The position numbers were made by a program, and so were the translations under genes. A DNA stretch of 63,229 nt, filler included, from Octopus bimaculoides (taxonomy: Eukaryota): the NCBI RefSeq assembly GCF_001194135.2. It is 6 parts of 6 records of this genome, joined end to end, with 100 filler letters (N's around TTAATTAATTAA, not from the genome) between each part and the next. Parts side by side here need not be neighbours in the genome. Positions count along the whole stretch, not along the records: positions 1 to 15,838 come from NC_068988.1; 5 more parts are not named here. One strand, written 5' to 3'. This document shows, one piece after another, positions 1 to 12,062 of this stretch. The stretch's first letter is position 1; each line of letters starts with the position of its first letter. A model generated the notes under the pieces. The model was not told the DNA's origin, made no database searches, and was given only the letters and a program-made list of their open reading frames with translations.

Positions 1-25
1 CGCACGCACACACACACACACGAAT

Positions 26-360
26 GTGAAGGCCTATGGCTCAGTGGTTACAGCATCGGGCTCACAATCATGAGGTAGTGAGTTCGATTCCCGAATTGGG
101 ATATGTGTTGTGTTCCTGGGCAAGACACTTTATTTCGCCTTGTTCCCGTTCATTCAGCTTTTGAAATGAGCTGCAACGTCACTGGCACCAAGCTGCATCG
201 GCCTTTCCCTTTCCCTTGAACAAACATCGGTGGCGTGTAGAGGGGAGACTGATATGCTGGTCTTCCACAAACAACCTTACCCGGACTTGTGCTTCGGTGA
301 GTAACCTTCTAGATGCAATCCCATGGTCATTCACGACCGAACGGGGTCTTTACCTTTACC
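26..360 (+). mobile_element. tRNA-derived CORE-type SINE, type A (full length)
   Basis: Head GTGAAGGCCTATGGCTCAGTGG (A box) and GTTCGATTCC (B box), then CORE-like GTTCCTGGGCAAGACACTTTATTTC. Colinear with the copies at 4433 and 62475. Confidence 0.85.
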
Positions 361-1262
361 TGTTTTATATACATACAAATATACTTACATACATGCATGA
401 ATACATGCGTACATATTATATTAACAGCGGTGCTTCAAAATGGTCTTAGCCAAGATAGCGAAATGGCAGAAGCGCACACGGACGGACACACACACACACA
501 TGTAGGGATTTAGATCATCTCATTTAATCGTATACTGATTTCTGTTCTAACTGATCGTTATTTGCTGGCCTTGTACCTAAATCATCATCATCGTTGTTGC
601 TGTTATTTACTATTGTTATTAATCTCAATCATGTTGTAACCTGAAACCTCAGACGTAAAGGCCGGGCAATCCCTGTGGTAAATTTGCTGCTCGCCTTTCT
701 GTACCCATCAATCATTGTGTCACACTTGTCTTCAATATATATATACATAGAGACACGTGTGTATGTCATATCTGTGTTTGTGTGTACGCCCGCGTATATA
801 GAGTATATACCGTGTATATATAAACATGTGTGTGTGTGTGTGTGTATGTGTGTGTGTGTATGTGTGTTAGTGAAAACCACTTATTGCTACAGGTGCCCTT
901 ATCCGACCGGAAAAATGAGGGAATTTTTTTTTCTGAACTCTAAATACCGGATGCCTTCCGGTTACGTCGTCATTTGCAGGTGTCTTAGGTAGTTTCTGGC
1001 ACGAATGAAATCAAAATTGTTCTTGTCCCTTATATGCCCCATCCCATCCACCCACGCCGACCACATCATCAACCTGTCACATCATCAAAGAACCCCATTT
1101 TTACCCCGAATGTTCTCATTTACATACTGTTGTTATTCTTGCTGCTATTGCTGTTGCTGATACTGCGGGTGGTGATTGAGACGGTGGTGGTGTTTGTGTT
1201 GATTTGTTAATTAGTCAATCAATCGATTAATTAATCAATTTATTAATTAATTGCTTTTGACT

Positions 1263-1400
1263 GGCGTGATTGTGGTAAAAAATTTGCTTCCTAGTCACGC
1301 GTTTCCGGGTTCAGTCCCACACCGTGGCATCTTGGTCAAAGTGTTTTCTACTATAGTTCCCGAGTCGACCAAAGATTTGAACCCAGAAGAGCTCGTCGTG

Positions 1401-1402
<2 letters not shown>
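1263..1402 (+). mobile_element. SINE type B, 5' half, ending in (TA)n
   Basis: GGCGTGATTGTGGTAAAAAATTTGCTT...GGGTTCAGTCCCAC...CTACTATAG...GACCAAAG matches the heads at 13768 and 61393. Runs into (TA)n at ~1405-1459. Confidence 0.8.
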
Positions 1403-1465
<63 letters not shown>

Positions 1466-1695
1466 CAAGATGGGACAAGAACGCAAAACATCCAGACGGT
1501 TAGGTGATAAAAGAAAGGGACAACAAAACATCCAGATAGACGATACAAAGAAAACAAGGACGGGTCATTCGGAGTTTTCTTTCCTCAGTCGAGTTCCAGA
1601 TTATCTTTGCAGTTTCGGCTGGTTACACTTGAGATTGTTCCAATCTGGCCAGCCCCAAAGGAAAACCAAGCTAAGAGCATTAGATTCCTCATCAG

Positions 1696-2080
1696 AAAAC
1701 CTCCACTGGCTACTATGCCGTAAGTATGGATATGAGGTTACGGGTGCTTGGTACCAACATACACCGGAAAAGTTAATGGACGAAAAGGGGAAGGTAAAAT
1801 TCCTCTAGGACTTTGATTTCCAGATAGACAAGGTGTTAGAGCACCGAAGGCTGGATATAGCAACTTTTAGGAGGGACAAACAAGAGTGCCTAATAATTGA
1901 CGTCGCAGTGGCAGGAGATCAACATATGATCATGAAAGAAAGAGGAAAGATTGATAAATACGGAGACTTGAGAATTGAGATTGCTAAAATGTGGAAGCTA
2001 CGAGAGTCAAAGTTTGTCATCGGAGCATTGGCGAGTCAGGCCTAATACCGTAACTTTGACCAACAATATCTCAAAACATG
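1696..2080 (+). pseudogene. R4/Dong-type non-LTR retrotransposon, restriction-like endonuclease region, disrupted
   Basis: Translates across a stop as LHWLLCRKYGY..WYQHTPEK..VKFL*DFDFQIDKVLEHRRLDI..KQECLIIDVAVAGD..KERGKIDKYGDLRIEIAKMW..VIGAL. This follows the WDFxIQTD/HRRPDI/IIDVAVPGD/KYxDL RLE pattern. It is followed by 3'UTR-like sequence similar to the 3335 copy. Confidence 0.85.
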
Positions 2081-2144
2081 ACACCAAGAACATTTTCGAA
2101 CTTCTCCTCAGACTTAACTTTTATTATTTCTCATGTATTGTGTT

Positions 2145-2182
<38 letters not shown>

Positions 2183-2202
2183 TGTGTGTGTTTGTGTGTG
2201 TT

Positions 2203-2248
<46 letters not shown>

Positions 2249-3124
2249 CGTGCGTATAGTCACACATGTAAACAGTTACACACACATGAATATGAGTGAG
2301 CGTATGTGTGTGTACGTGCATGCGTATAAACACATAAATACTTACACANNNNNNNNNNNNNNNNNNNNNNNNNNNNNNNNNNNNNNNNNNNNNNNNNNNN
2401 NNNNNNNNNNNNNNNNNNNNNNNNNNNNNNNNNNNNNNNNNNNNNNNNNNNNNNNNNNNNNNNNNNNNNNNNNNNNNNNNNNNNNNNNNNNNNNNNNNNN
2501 NNNNNNNNNNNNNNNNNNNNNNNNNNNNNNNNNNNNNNNNNNNNNNNNNNNNNNNNNNNNNNNNNNNNNNNNNNNNNNNNNTACGTATATATATATACAT
2601 ACACACAAACATACAGGAAGTCAGAGAAATGTATCTGGGCCTGGTTATCATATATCAGATCCGTGTTCGACGGGAAATATCACGTTTACATCCAAGACGG
2701 ACAAAATATATCAAACATGCAAATGAACAAGCACCATAGGATAGGGTACTTAATTTAAAGAAGCAATCCGGATACATATAATTCGTGGCTATATATGAAT
2801 CTGAGATTGAGAAGGTCTCATATGTAACGTGTAAACACGGTGGATGGTCGAGTCAAAAGAGTGTCAGACAAAATAATCTCTTCTCTTACTGAGTTCAAAC
2901 CGCACCGGCGTCGACTTTGCATTCAACGTTCAACGGTTTAAATTATGGAATGCCTATGTACCTGCTCCAACAAAATTAATGCCTTTGTGTTTATGTTACA
3001 AATGGAAGTAAACTTAGATTTTACATATGCATAATGAACAGATAATTATACTGTCATTCATTTACGGATGGCAGCATAGTAATTAAACTGACATTAATTA
3101 AACAGGTATTATCAGAGTAATCGT

Positions 3125-3330
3125 ACTCCTTCCAACTATAAGCACAAGGCCTGATATTTTTCAGGAAGGGGGCTAGTCGATTACATTGACCTCAGTGCTC
3201 AACCGGTACTTATTTTATCGATCCAGACAGTATGAAAGATAAAGTCAACATTGGCAGAATTTGAAATCAGAACGTAAAGACGGACGAACTGCTGCAAAGT
3301 ATTTTGCGACGCACTAACAATTCTGCTTGC
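3125..3330 (-). mobile_element. SINE type C (Nin/Deu-domain-like)
   Basis: Reverse complement of the 9186 and 27612 copies (GGTACTTATTTTATCGA, GAACGTAAAGACGGACGAA). Confidence 0.75.
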
Positions 3331-3333
3331 TTG

Positions 3334-3334
<1 letters not shown>

Positions 3335-3376
<42 letters not shown>

Positions 3377-3580
3377 GTAGAAAATGTCGCACAGTATACA
3401 ATATCGCGATGTTGTTGATTGAAGATATTGTGTCTACTGGGGGTTTGTACTGTTTGTCAAGTCACAACAAGGACCTCAGACTGACAATACTTTACGCAAT
3501 ATGCGTGCAGTTCCAAGTAATACCGACTTTTGCAAGACATCTAGATTGTAGAGTATCTCTAAGATTTTTCAGATGGAAAT
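3335..3580 (-). mobile_element. 3' end of an R4/Dong-type LINE with (TAA)n tail
   Basis: Minus strand reads ILYNLDVLQKSVLLGTARILRKVLSV* (stop at 3476-3478), the typical LQKxxLLGTAxILRKVL C-terminus. About 100 bp of 3'UTR follows, then (AAT)n at 3335-3376. Confidence 0.85.
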
Positions 3581-3603
3581 TTGCCTAGTACTACAGTTTA
3601 GAA

Positions 3604-3691
3604 CAACGTTTTGCAAACATTTTTGTCGCGGCCCATTTTATTCATCTCGTGACCCACTGAATGGTCGGGATCCACAGTTTGAAAAACGCTG
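3604..3691. mobile_element. 88-bp hAT (Buster/Charlie-like) MITE
   Basis: Imperfect 16-bp TIRs CAACGTTTTGCAAACA / AGTTTGAAAAACGCTG. 8-bp TSD GTTTAGAA (3596-3603) / GTTTAGAG (3692-3699) with central TA. Confidence 0.75.
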
Positions 3692-4432
3692 GTTTAGAGG
3701 AACTTTTTTTAATTCCTGTTCCATCTCTGAAGAAATGCCGAGAAGTCAGATTACATTTAACTATAAAAGAGCTACAAAATTTTAGTTTATTGCTAAAAGC
3801 AGAAACAGTAACTTTCACTATTTTTGTCTACTATACGAGCACCTTTGTGATGTAAGAATTGCCTGACAGGGAAAAGCGCAGTTGAACGGTAAGCTACCAC
3901 AGGCAAGCATAAAGGTAACATTCGTATTACTGGTAGGTCATCGCTTGTCTTGAGGCTTTCTTTCTTGATCGATCAACTCAAAAAGAAAAAATTTTGGCCC
4001 ACAAAACTCTGCAAAGTAAATCCATGCTGTGATGCAGCAGTGTCAAACGTGTGACTGGAGAATAAAAGCTGACAAAGAAATATACATTATTATCGTTAGT
4101 GCAGCGTATGACACGTAGCAAAACTAAAGCAATAGCTCTATTATGTGAAAAGTCTACAGCTGCATTCTGCACAAAAGCAGGTGGAGTCTATCAAAAAGCA
4201 TGGTTTGTACGTTTCAGTAACAACTGGCGCTTCAAACAAAGGCACAATTAAGTTTTTCCCAATACTGTTTGAAATATTGATATTATAAAAAAAAACAAAA
4301 AACAAAGAGTGCAACATGTGTTGCAGCGATAAAAATGAATCATCAGAAAACAAAACAAATCAGTCACTAAACTACAGGCTTCAAGTCTAGAGCTGAACAA
4401 TGTGCCCGTATACTGCAGGCTATTCGTACACT

Positions 4433-4778
4433 GTGAAGGCGCATGGCTCAGTAGTTAGAGCGTCGGGCTCACAATTATAAAGTAGTGAGTTCGATTCCCG
4501 GACTGGGCTCTGTATTGTGTTCTTGAGCAAGAGACTTTATTTCACGTTGCTCCGGTTCACTCAGCTATAGAAATGAGCAGCAACGTCACTGATGCCAAGC
4601 TGCATCGGCCTTTCATTTTCCCTCGGACAACATCGGTGGCGTGCAGAAGGGAAACTGATATGCATGGGCGACTGCTAGTCTTCCATAAACATCTTTACTC
4701 GGACTTGTGCCTCAGAGAGGAACTTCCTAGGTGCAATCCCATGGTCATTCATGACCGAAAGGGTCCTTTTACACTTTA
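4433..4778 (+). mobile_element. tRNA-derived CORE-type SINE, type A (full length)
   Basis: GTGAAGGCGCATGGCTCAGTAGTTAGAGC...GTTCGATTCCCGG...CTTGAGCAAGAGACTTTATTTC. Aligns end to end with 26-360. Confidence 0.85.
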
Positions 4779-4899
4779 TTCGTAAAATATGTAAAGCAAC
4801 ATTTATCAAAAACCTGTATTCTATAAAGTTTAATAAGATTTACTACAAGAAAACTGATATTTGATGTTTTAAATACTGCGCTCTTATGTTCAATCATTT

Positions 4900-5760
4900 C
4901 ATAGCTTCAGCTAAAATAGGGCATAGTTTAAAAAAGACATGTGAAATGGTGAACTTTGACAGTTGTAATGTGTTATGTAATGATGTTGCAAGATGGATCT
5001 CGCTGTTTTTACCGTCTGTATACTTAAGTCCTGGTAGGCCTTCAAAAACATTTTATTTTCGGGGTCTAGATGAGAAGTATTCTAAGGCATTGTGAAAGTA
5101 CTTTCGCGTTGAAGGAAATGCCTGTGCATCATCAGAGAACTATTTCTTCATCCTCAATCATACTCTGTCTTCAGATACTACTGAAGCACTAGAAGCGGAG
5201 TCATTCGACATAATTTGAGTATTTAAGCTTATGGTCGGACTTATCTAAGCTTATGCAAACTTGAGGATAGGATAAAAGTTTTTATTTGTTTATTTATCTA
5301 TTTTTGCAGTGAGTGCCAAACTTAGTTTATTCTTGGCGTTTCTTAGAAATGTAAAGCAGACGTCAGTGTTGTGACATGGATGACTTCATTGAAAAAAAAG
5401 CTCTCATAAGAAAGCATCAAGATTGAGCTAAACAAGTACCATGCCTTTTAAAGAATTCTGTGATGGATTCAAAACCACTCGTAATCATGAAGACATCACT
5501 ATGGAGGAATTATATGATGAGAACAGGATAATAAAGACAATAGATATCTACCATTCCTGGAGTATATCAATACTCCTAGAATAGCAATTGACCACAGTGA
5601 AGAACGTTATCTTAAACTATTCAATAAATTTAAAATGTCTTTTAATAACTTGAAGGAGTTGATTGCATATATGTTCTCTGTTCTATTCATCGATGCTCAC
5701 ACAGAGTGGGTTTTCAAGGATGACCTCAGCTTGAAAGTCATCATAGAGGCTTTTACAACA
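4900..5760 (+). pseudogene. Highly decayed hAT-like transposase remnant
   Basis: Fragments CNDVARWISLFLPSV (cf. TRWLSL motif) and FNNLKELIAYMFSVLFIDAHTEWVF (cf. the C-terminal LSIPxSNAxxERVF dimerisation motif). Many stops; no TIRs found. Confidence 0.4.
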
Positions 5761-7590
5761 CCACAACAATCACCATACTACCTGTTTAAGTAAGAATGTG
5801 ATTTTAGCGGTATTATAGAAGCAACTGGGGTGTACTAATCACTGGCTTATATGAGATGTGATGCAGTAGTCGCTGTATCAAGAATATAACAATACCTGTG
5901 GTGATGTGATGATGCCAGTACTTGTGTGCAAAGTCGTAATATTTATTTACAGCTCAACTGTCTAGGCTTAGCCTCTTGGTTTTAATAAGAGTGGAGACGA
6001 TGTTTATATTAAACTCAGTACAACAACTTACTGGCTTAACCAGCCATGATTCTCTTTATTCAGATTTACACAGTAGACTACTAAAGAAATCAGGACGCAA
6101 AGAAAGGTTATCTAATAAACCTGGTTGTAATATATCGATTCCAATAAGATAATCAGAGTTTAGTCTGTGTCAGTGCAGTAAAGAATATATCTAGAGTGAT
6201 TCACAAGCAAAAACAGGAGAGAGAGAACAAGAGTGCAAAGTCTTGTACTGTGAAAAAAAGAAAGGAACATAAACGTTTGGAATTGTTGTCCTTTGTCAAA
6301 TTAGGAGGGAGTAGAAGAAAGGAAAATGTGCTTAGAACATTCAAGCAGTCGCTATAATTCCGTTGCATTCGTTATTCTATATTAAAAAACACAGAATTTA
6401 CAAAAAGCAACACCTCTGTACCGATAGCGATTCTATTGCAACTTTGACAACACCATTGCAGTCATGTAAACACCACTTCTTTCACCATATCACCTCAACT
6501 GGCCCCGTTGTATCCTTATCACACTTTAACTTCTAATCACTTTGCTAAAGCTATCTCTAAGTTTGTGAATCCACAATAATCTACTACATTCTCGCAGTCA
6601 CAATTACATCGCTGTAGTCATCACTACATCTCTAAAGTCACTACAAAACCGCTACGGTCTTGGTTACAATGCAATGACTCCTACAACCACAAATGCATCG
6701 CTACGTTGTGGTTACAACTAAATATTTACCACGCCCGTCTCGACTGCACTCACAATCACACATCCGTAACCTTCCTACACCACTGCCATCACTACCATAA
6801 TTTTATAACTACAAACACACCACTACACACACCACCATTATACAAATCACCATTTCGAAAGCTGAACCAGAAAAGTATAACTTAGAGAAAAAGTTTTACA
6901 CATTGAACAGTACATTATCAGTAATAGGAAAACACGAAGCAATATTTCGTTGCCGTTGTTTTTTTAGCCTCAAATCAATTCTTACTAAGCAGACTTCATA
7001 AGCAAAGCAGTTCAGGTTGTGATCATTTCACCATTTTGTATATCAAGTGCGACATTGTCAAATGTCGCCTCCTTTTTTAATCTTTAAGACGCCAGGTTGT
7101 AATTTGAGGGACAATTAAACTACTGTCTTAAGCATGTCTCATGTTGGCATGATATAACATTCATTTGCTAAGTTTGAGAGCGTGATAACGCCTTAGCCAT
7201 ATGGGTTTCCTTCTTATTGCAATCAGAACATATACACTTTCATGTAGAAACTGATATGTCAATCTACAGCTGAGGAAATTCAATCCAAAATTCGTGTTTG
7301 ATATTCATTTCAAACATTCGAAATATCGTTCTTTTTAATGCAGTGTTCATATATATCATACAGAGTCAACAGCTACAATTAATGAAAGTATATCACAAAT
7401 AAGCTAACATCAATCTAGCGCATTCCACTTTACACCTATAGTTCATTGAACCATAACTCACACACGCACACACACACATACACACACACACACACACACG
7501 TACGTACACAATGTTGTTAATGCATATGTATGTATAATGGATATACATAATATATATATATTTATATATACACTCACACATACATATATA

Positions 7591-8650
7591 ATGGGTCAGC
7601 CCATAAATAACGTGGTTTTTTACTACTTTTATTTTGATGAATATGATGGGTGGGGCATCGTTTCCCATTCAAACTGCTCCAGCCATTGGAATGTCATACT
7701 CGCTGCATGTGCCTGAGCATTATCCTAATGGAAGAGCACCTTCGGTTTTGAATGCAAAGATGGTCGTTTTTCTTCTAGTGCTGACTTAAGTCACTCAAGC
7801 CGCTCGCAGTAGATCTCCTTTGTTATCGCTTGGTTTGGCTTTAGATATTCAAAGTGGAATAAACCTTTCATATCCCATCAAAAAGGTAACAACATCTTAT
7901 GTGAGTGAAAAATCTTCTTTAGCCTGGGGTGCCGGTGCTTCTCCTTTCCCTACCCACTGTCTTTGGCGCTTGACATTTTTATAGAGAACCCATTTCTCGT
8001 CACCAGTCAATATTCGGTCCAAAAAAGGTTCATTCGTGAGACGTGGCAGCAAAGAAGAACACACATTCACTCTCTGCGCGCGATTAGACTCGGAAAGTTT
8101 GTGAGGAACCCATTGACCCAATTTGCTCACTTTTTCGATGGCATGCAGGTGTCGATGACTGGTTGAATGACCAAATACAAGCTTCTCTGCTCGTTCCTCA
8201 ATAGTTACGATGGGATTTTATTCTACCAGGGTTTGTATGACGTCCTCGTCGAGATCTACAGATCTTCCAGGAGGAGGCTTGTCTTCTAGGCTGTAGTTTC
8301 CGGCTCGGAATTTCTGGAACCACCGTTGACACTGGCTTACGCTTATTGTCCTATCCCCATATACTGCATTAATATTCCTAAAAATTTTCCGTTGCGTTGC
8401 TGCCTTTATTGAACTCATAAAGCAAAATATGCCGAATATGCTCCTTTGTCATTTCCATTATAGCTTTGAAAAAATAACTGTTAAAATGGAACTGTTAAAA
8501 TGGAACTCTTCAAAACTTGCATTAAGAATAAGTGCAAGGTAAAATTATAACCTGCTTTTATAGCAAGCTGATGCATGTAGTCTATCTCGTCCCCCTCCGA
8601 CTTTTAGTTCATGCAATTAAGAAAACCGCATTATTTATGGAATGACCCAA
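7591..8650 (-). mobile_element. Mariner (Tc1/mariner) element with 3' deletion; transposase pseudogene
   Basis: ~29-bp TIRs ATGGGTCAGCCCATAAATAACGTGGTTTT / AAAACCGCATTATTTATGGAATGACCCAA flanked by TA. ATG at 8458 (MEMTKEHIRHILLYEFNKG), then WVPHKLSE, ILTGDEKWVLY, WDMKG, H*DNA and PHPSYS, then deleted to the TIR. Frameshifts and stops; third catalytic D absent. Confidence 0.92.
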
Positions 8651-8749
8651 TATATATGTATGAATATATATATATATTGTACATATGCACACACATAATA
8701 TATATGTGTGTGTAGATAAATACAGGTCCGCGGCATAGATAGAGAGCTA

Positions 8750-10075
8750 TCATTTCGATAAATTTCATTTCAAATAGCGAAATTCCAATTAATTGTTTGA
8801 AGGATTTTGATGAACTGCCCGTTGAAAATTTTGCATGAATTGTCCTTACGAAGAATTCAGTAACATGTACTTTCAAGTAATTTCAATTAATAGTTCTTCT
8901 GACAAATTTCAATGAGTTACTAATGACTTACAGATACGTGGTATTACGTTATGCAACCGTAATATACTATTAGTATATTAAACGTTTATATAAGTCAATA
9001 TTGTGTTCTGTTGCGTTAACAATGCGCTTTTACATTACTTGTTAAGGTTATCTCGTATACGAAACGTAATAACAAAAATCAGTGCTAGCTGTAATTTCTA
9101 TAGAATATCTGTATAGATAATTTCGATAAGTTGACCATTCATACTATTCCGAAAAACTGTCTTTCCGATACATGTCGACTTTAATGCGGTGAGGTGGCAG
9201 AAACGTTAGCACGCCGGGCTAAATGCTTATCGGTATTTTGTCTGTCTTTATATTGTGTTCAAACTCTGCCGAGGTCGACTAGCCTTTCATCCTTTCGGCG
9301 TCGATAAATTAAGCACCAGTTGCGTACTGGGGTCGATCTAATCGACTTTCTCTCTCCCCCAAAATTTCGGGCCTTGTATCTAAAAAAGACATATGTCGAC
9401 TTTTGATCAAATTCGAAAAAAACTATTTATTCGACAAATTTACACGAATTTTTTTTTTTTTTCTTTTCGATAAATTTTGATGATTTGATAATTTTGATAA
9501 ACTAGCCTTTCTAAAATTTTGATTAACTTGACTTTTGAAGAAAACTGACTTTTCGATATATTTCGATAAACTGACTTTTCGATAAAATTTTCTATACTAT
9601 TTAAAATTTTGTTAATTTGTACTTTCGGAAGTTTTCGATAAACTTTCCTTTCGATCAATTTTTATATGCAATCACGAAATTTCAATGATGAATTTTGACT
9701 AATAATCTAGTTGAAAACTTTTGATGTGCTATTCTTACTTTTAAAAAATTTATATGAATTTGTATGAACTACCATGGTATTTCGATAAACTAACGAAATC
9801 AAGAATTTTTGTCGAGAATTCAAAGAATTTCAATGTTCTTTTGTTTCGATCAATTGCGATAAAATTCCATTAACTTTCGATAATTCTAGACAACGTTTGA
9901 TTATTGGACATTTTGATAATTTGCAATGATCTATCCCTTTGATTTGTCTTATTGATTGAGGTGTTCTCTTGATAGTTTTCGAAGAATTTATTGTTATAAA
10001 GTTATTTATATAAATTTCAATTGATTACGATGACCCGTCATTCGATGAATTTCGATAAATTATTTAATTTCCATT
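8750..10075. repeat. AT-rich tract with a dispersed, degenerate TTTCGATAAA motif
   Basis: More than a dozen TTTCGATA/TTCGAT copies at irregular spacing (e.g. 8752, 9121, 9464, 9550, 9561, 9577, 9633, 9781, 9845, 9877, 10050). Confidence 0.65.
9186..9390 (+). mobile_element. SINE type C (Nin/Deu-domain-like), near full length
   Basis: GCGGTGAGGTGGCAGAAACGTTAGC...GTTCAAACTCTGCCGAGGTCGAC..GCCTTTCATCCTTTCGGCGTCGATAAATTAAGCACCAG...CCCCCAAAATTTCGGGCCTTGT. The central block resembles the Nin/Deu domain as I recall it. Confidence 0.8.
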
Positions 10076-10595
10076 AATTTCAACAATGTTATATCACAGT
10101 GGAGTAGTGATATGCTAAATCTCTTTATAATCATATTTTATTATTTTAAACAACAAAGGGCAATAACTTAACAATAACACAATCACACCGCTCCTATATT
10201 AAACAACAACACAAACATTAATAATAGTAACAACAAAAATAAATAATACAAACAAGGCAAAATATATCAACAACTACAATAATCCAACTACTCGAATATA
10301 ACTTCGTGTGAGTTCGTTAAAAAACCGGAAGCGACAAATGAGTATAAACACTTAAAGATGGAGACAAGAGGTCTACGTTGCAGTGAATAACAATCAGGTT
10401 CCGTTTCGAATGAAAAGGAATTACAGCGATGGGAAAAACCACGGATTTTTTTCTCCCCCAACCACGTGAATTCGGGTTCAGTTTCACTGCGCGTCACCTT
10501 CGGCAGGTACCTTCTACTATAGATCCGAGCCGATTAAATTCATTGTGAGTGGATTTAATTGATGAAAAATATGTGTAAGGTCATCATATGTGTAT

Positions 10596-10674
<79 letters not shown>

Positions 10675-10811
10675 TACCTATACATATGTGTGTATATGTG
10701 TGTGTATATGAAAGTATGTGTACAAATATGCATGCGTGTGTGAATGTATTCATGCATGCAAATGTATGTAAGCATATATAAATGTGTGTGTGTGTATGTG
10801 TGTGTGTGTGC

Positions 10812-10856
<45 letters not shown>

Positions 10857-11179
10857 AGTGCGTATGTGCGTCTTTGCGCTTGTGATCGTTCCCCACGTTG
10901 TTTCATTGGTGTTCGTTTACGACCCGCAACTTAGTGTTTCGGTAAAGAAAACCAAATAATTTTTTTTTTTAGATAATAAAACGATGAAATACGTATAAGA
11001 CTTAAAGGAAGCACTATTGTTGATTTCTTCGACTAAGCAATACGGGCGTTGCTTCATCATGTCCGCAACAAAAGACAGTAACAAAATAAAACAACACAAA
11101 CGAGTAAAAGAATATATTGAAATATTGAGAAATTTTCTATTCATTTTAGTGAGCGGGAAGCTTACTATCGATTTGCCTT

Positions 11180-11381
11180 GAGTGCACAATCATCTGAAAG
11201 GTTTCGCATTGACTCCTTCCACCTTGGTCTTGGGGCTGTAGCCTCCGCAAGTTGAAGAGTTTGCTATTAATCCTGAATCTGATCTTGATGCTGGTTTCGT
11301 TGTCATTGCAGAAGGCATCCGACAGCGTGCCTGAGAACATCATGCTGAACAGCGTAGGTGCGAGTACACAACCCTGCTTGA
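11180..11381 (-). pseudogene. RTE-clade LINE reverse transcriptase fragment
   Basis: KQGCVLAPTLFSMMFSGTLSDAF..IKIRFRINSKLFNLRRLQ, then after a frameshift SDDCAL (RT motif C, ADDCAL). Confidence 0.85.
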
Positions 11382-11502
11382 TGATTAAAAAAAATAATAA
11401 TATAATATATATAGTTCAAGTTTACAGAAAACAAAAGACGAAGACAGGTGTAGGAAGAACAAACAGGTGCATTAGTTTAATGCTCGGGAAAAATAGAAAA
11501 GT

Positions 11503-11538
11503 CTTTTACGTTTCGAGCCTACGCTCTTCGACAGAAAG
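11503..11538 (-). ncRNA. Minimal type-I hammerhead ribozyme-like motif (A6U core variant)
   Basis: Minus strand CTTT-CTGTCGA-A-GAGC[GTAG]GCTC-GAAAC-GT-A|AAAG. Stem I CTTT/AAAG, stem II GAGC/GCTC, palindromic ACGT stem III, GUA cleavage triplet. Confidence 0.6.
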
Positions 11539-11654
11539 GATTAAGAGGAAGAAAATGTAGTGCGAATGAAAAAAAAACGGAAAAAGAAAAGGTGTGCAGA
11601 GTTCAACAGTCGAACATGGTGAGATGACTGGAAAAAAGAGACTGAATAAAAGGG

Positions 11655-11662
11655 AAATAATA

Positions 11663-11742
<80 letters not shown>
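11655..11742. repeat. (AAT)n microsatellite
   Basis: Direct reading; source of the poly-I/poly-L ORFs. Confidence 0.95.
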
Positions 11743-11743
<1 letters not shown>

Positions 11744-11854
11744 TCGGTAACGGTGACCTCCAACGAACTAAGGTGCGCAAGCATGTGTGTATGTGAGAAT
11801 GGTGTGTGTGAGTGTGTATGCGTGAATGGGGCGAACGAGTACGTGTGTGCAGAT

Positions 11855-11908
<54 letters not shown>

Positions 11909-12062
11909 ACGCGCGTGTACGGACGTGTGTATATGTGTGAACATGCGTATATATATAAAACTGACTGTCAGCTATTTTGACCATGGATTAACTTTCTAGG
12001 TCTCCGCTTTACTGGAACAGTGTTGTCTCAAGCACAAGCAAATACACACACACACACACATA

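Noticed and set aside
26-110. tRNA gene-like segments with A and B boxes (many sites)
   Set aside because: Each continues into a SINE body and lacks a complete cloverleaf, so these are SINE heads.
1600-1700. Minus-strand CTGATGAG...CCGAAAC as a hammerhead with a long stem II
   Set aside because: No NUH cleavage triplet or stem III, and only 2 bp close stem II.
1696-3580. Idea that the two R4 fragments are one element split by an inversion
   Set aside because: The plus copy is followed by its own 3'UTR-like sequence (ACTTTGACCAACAATA versus ACTTGACAAACAGTA), favouring two independent insertions.
6420-6850. Thr/His/Pro-rich mucin-like reading
   Set aside because: Eroded ACC/ACT trinucleotide low-complexity sequence with stops in all frames.
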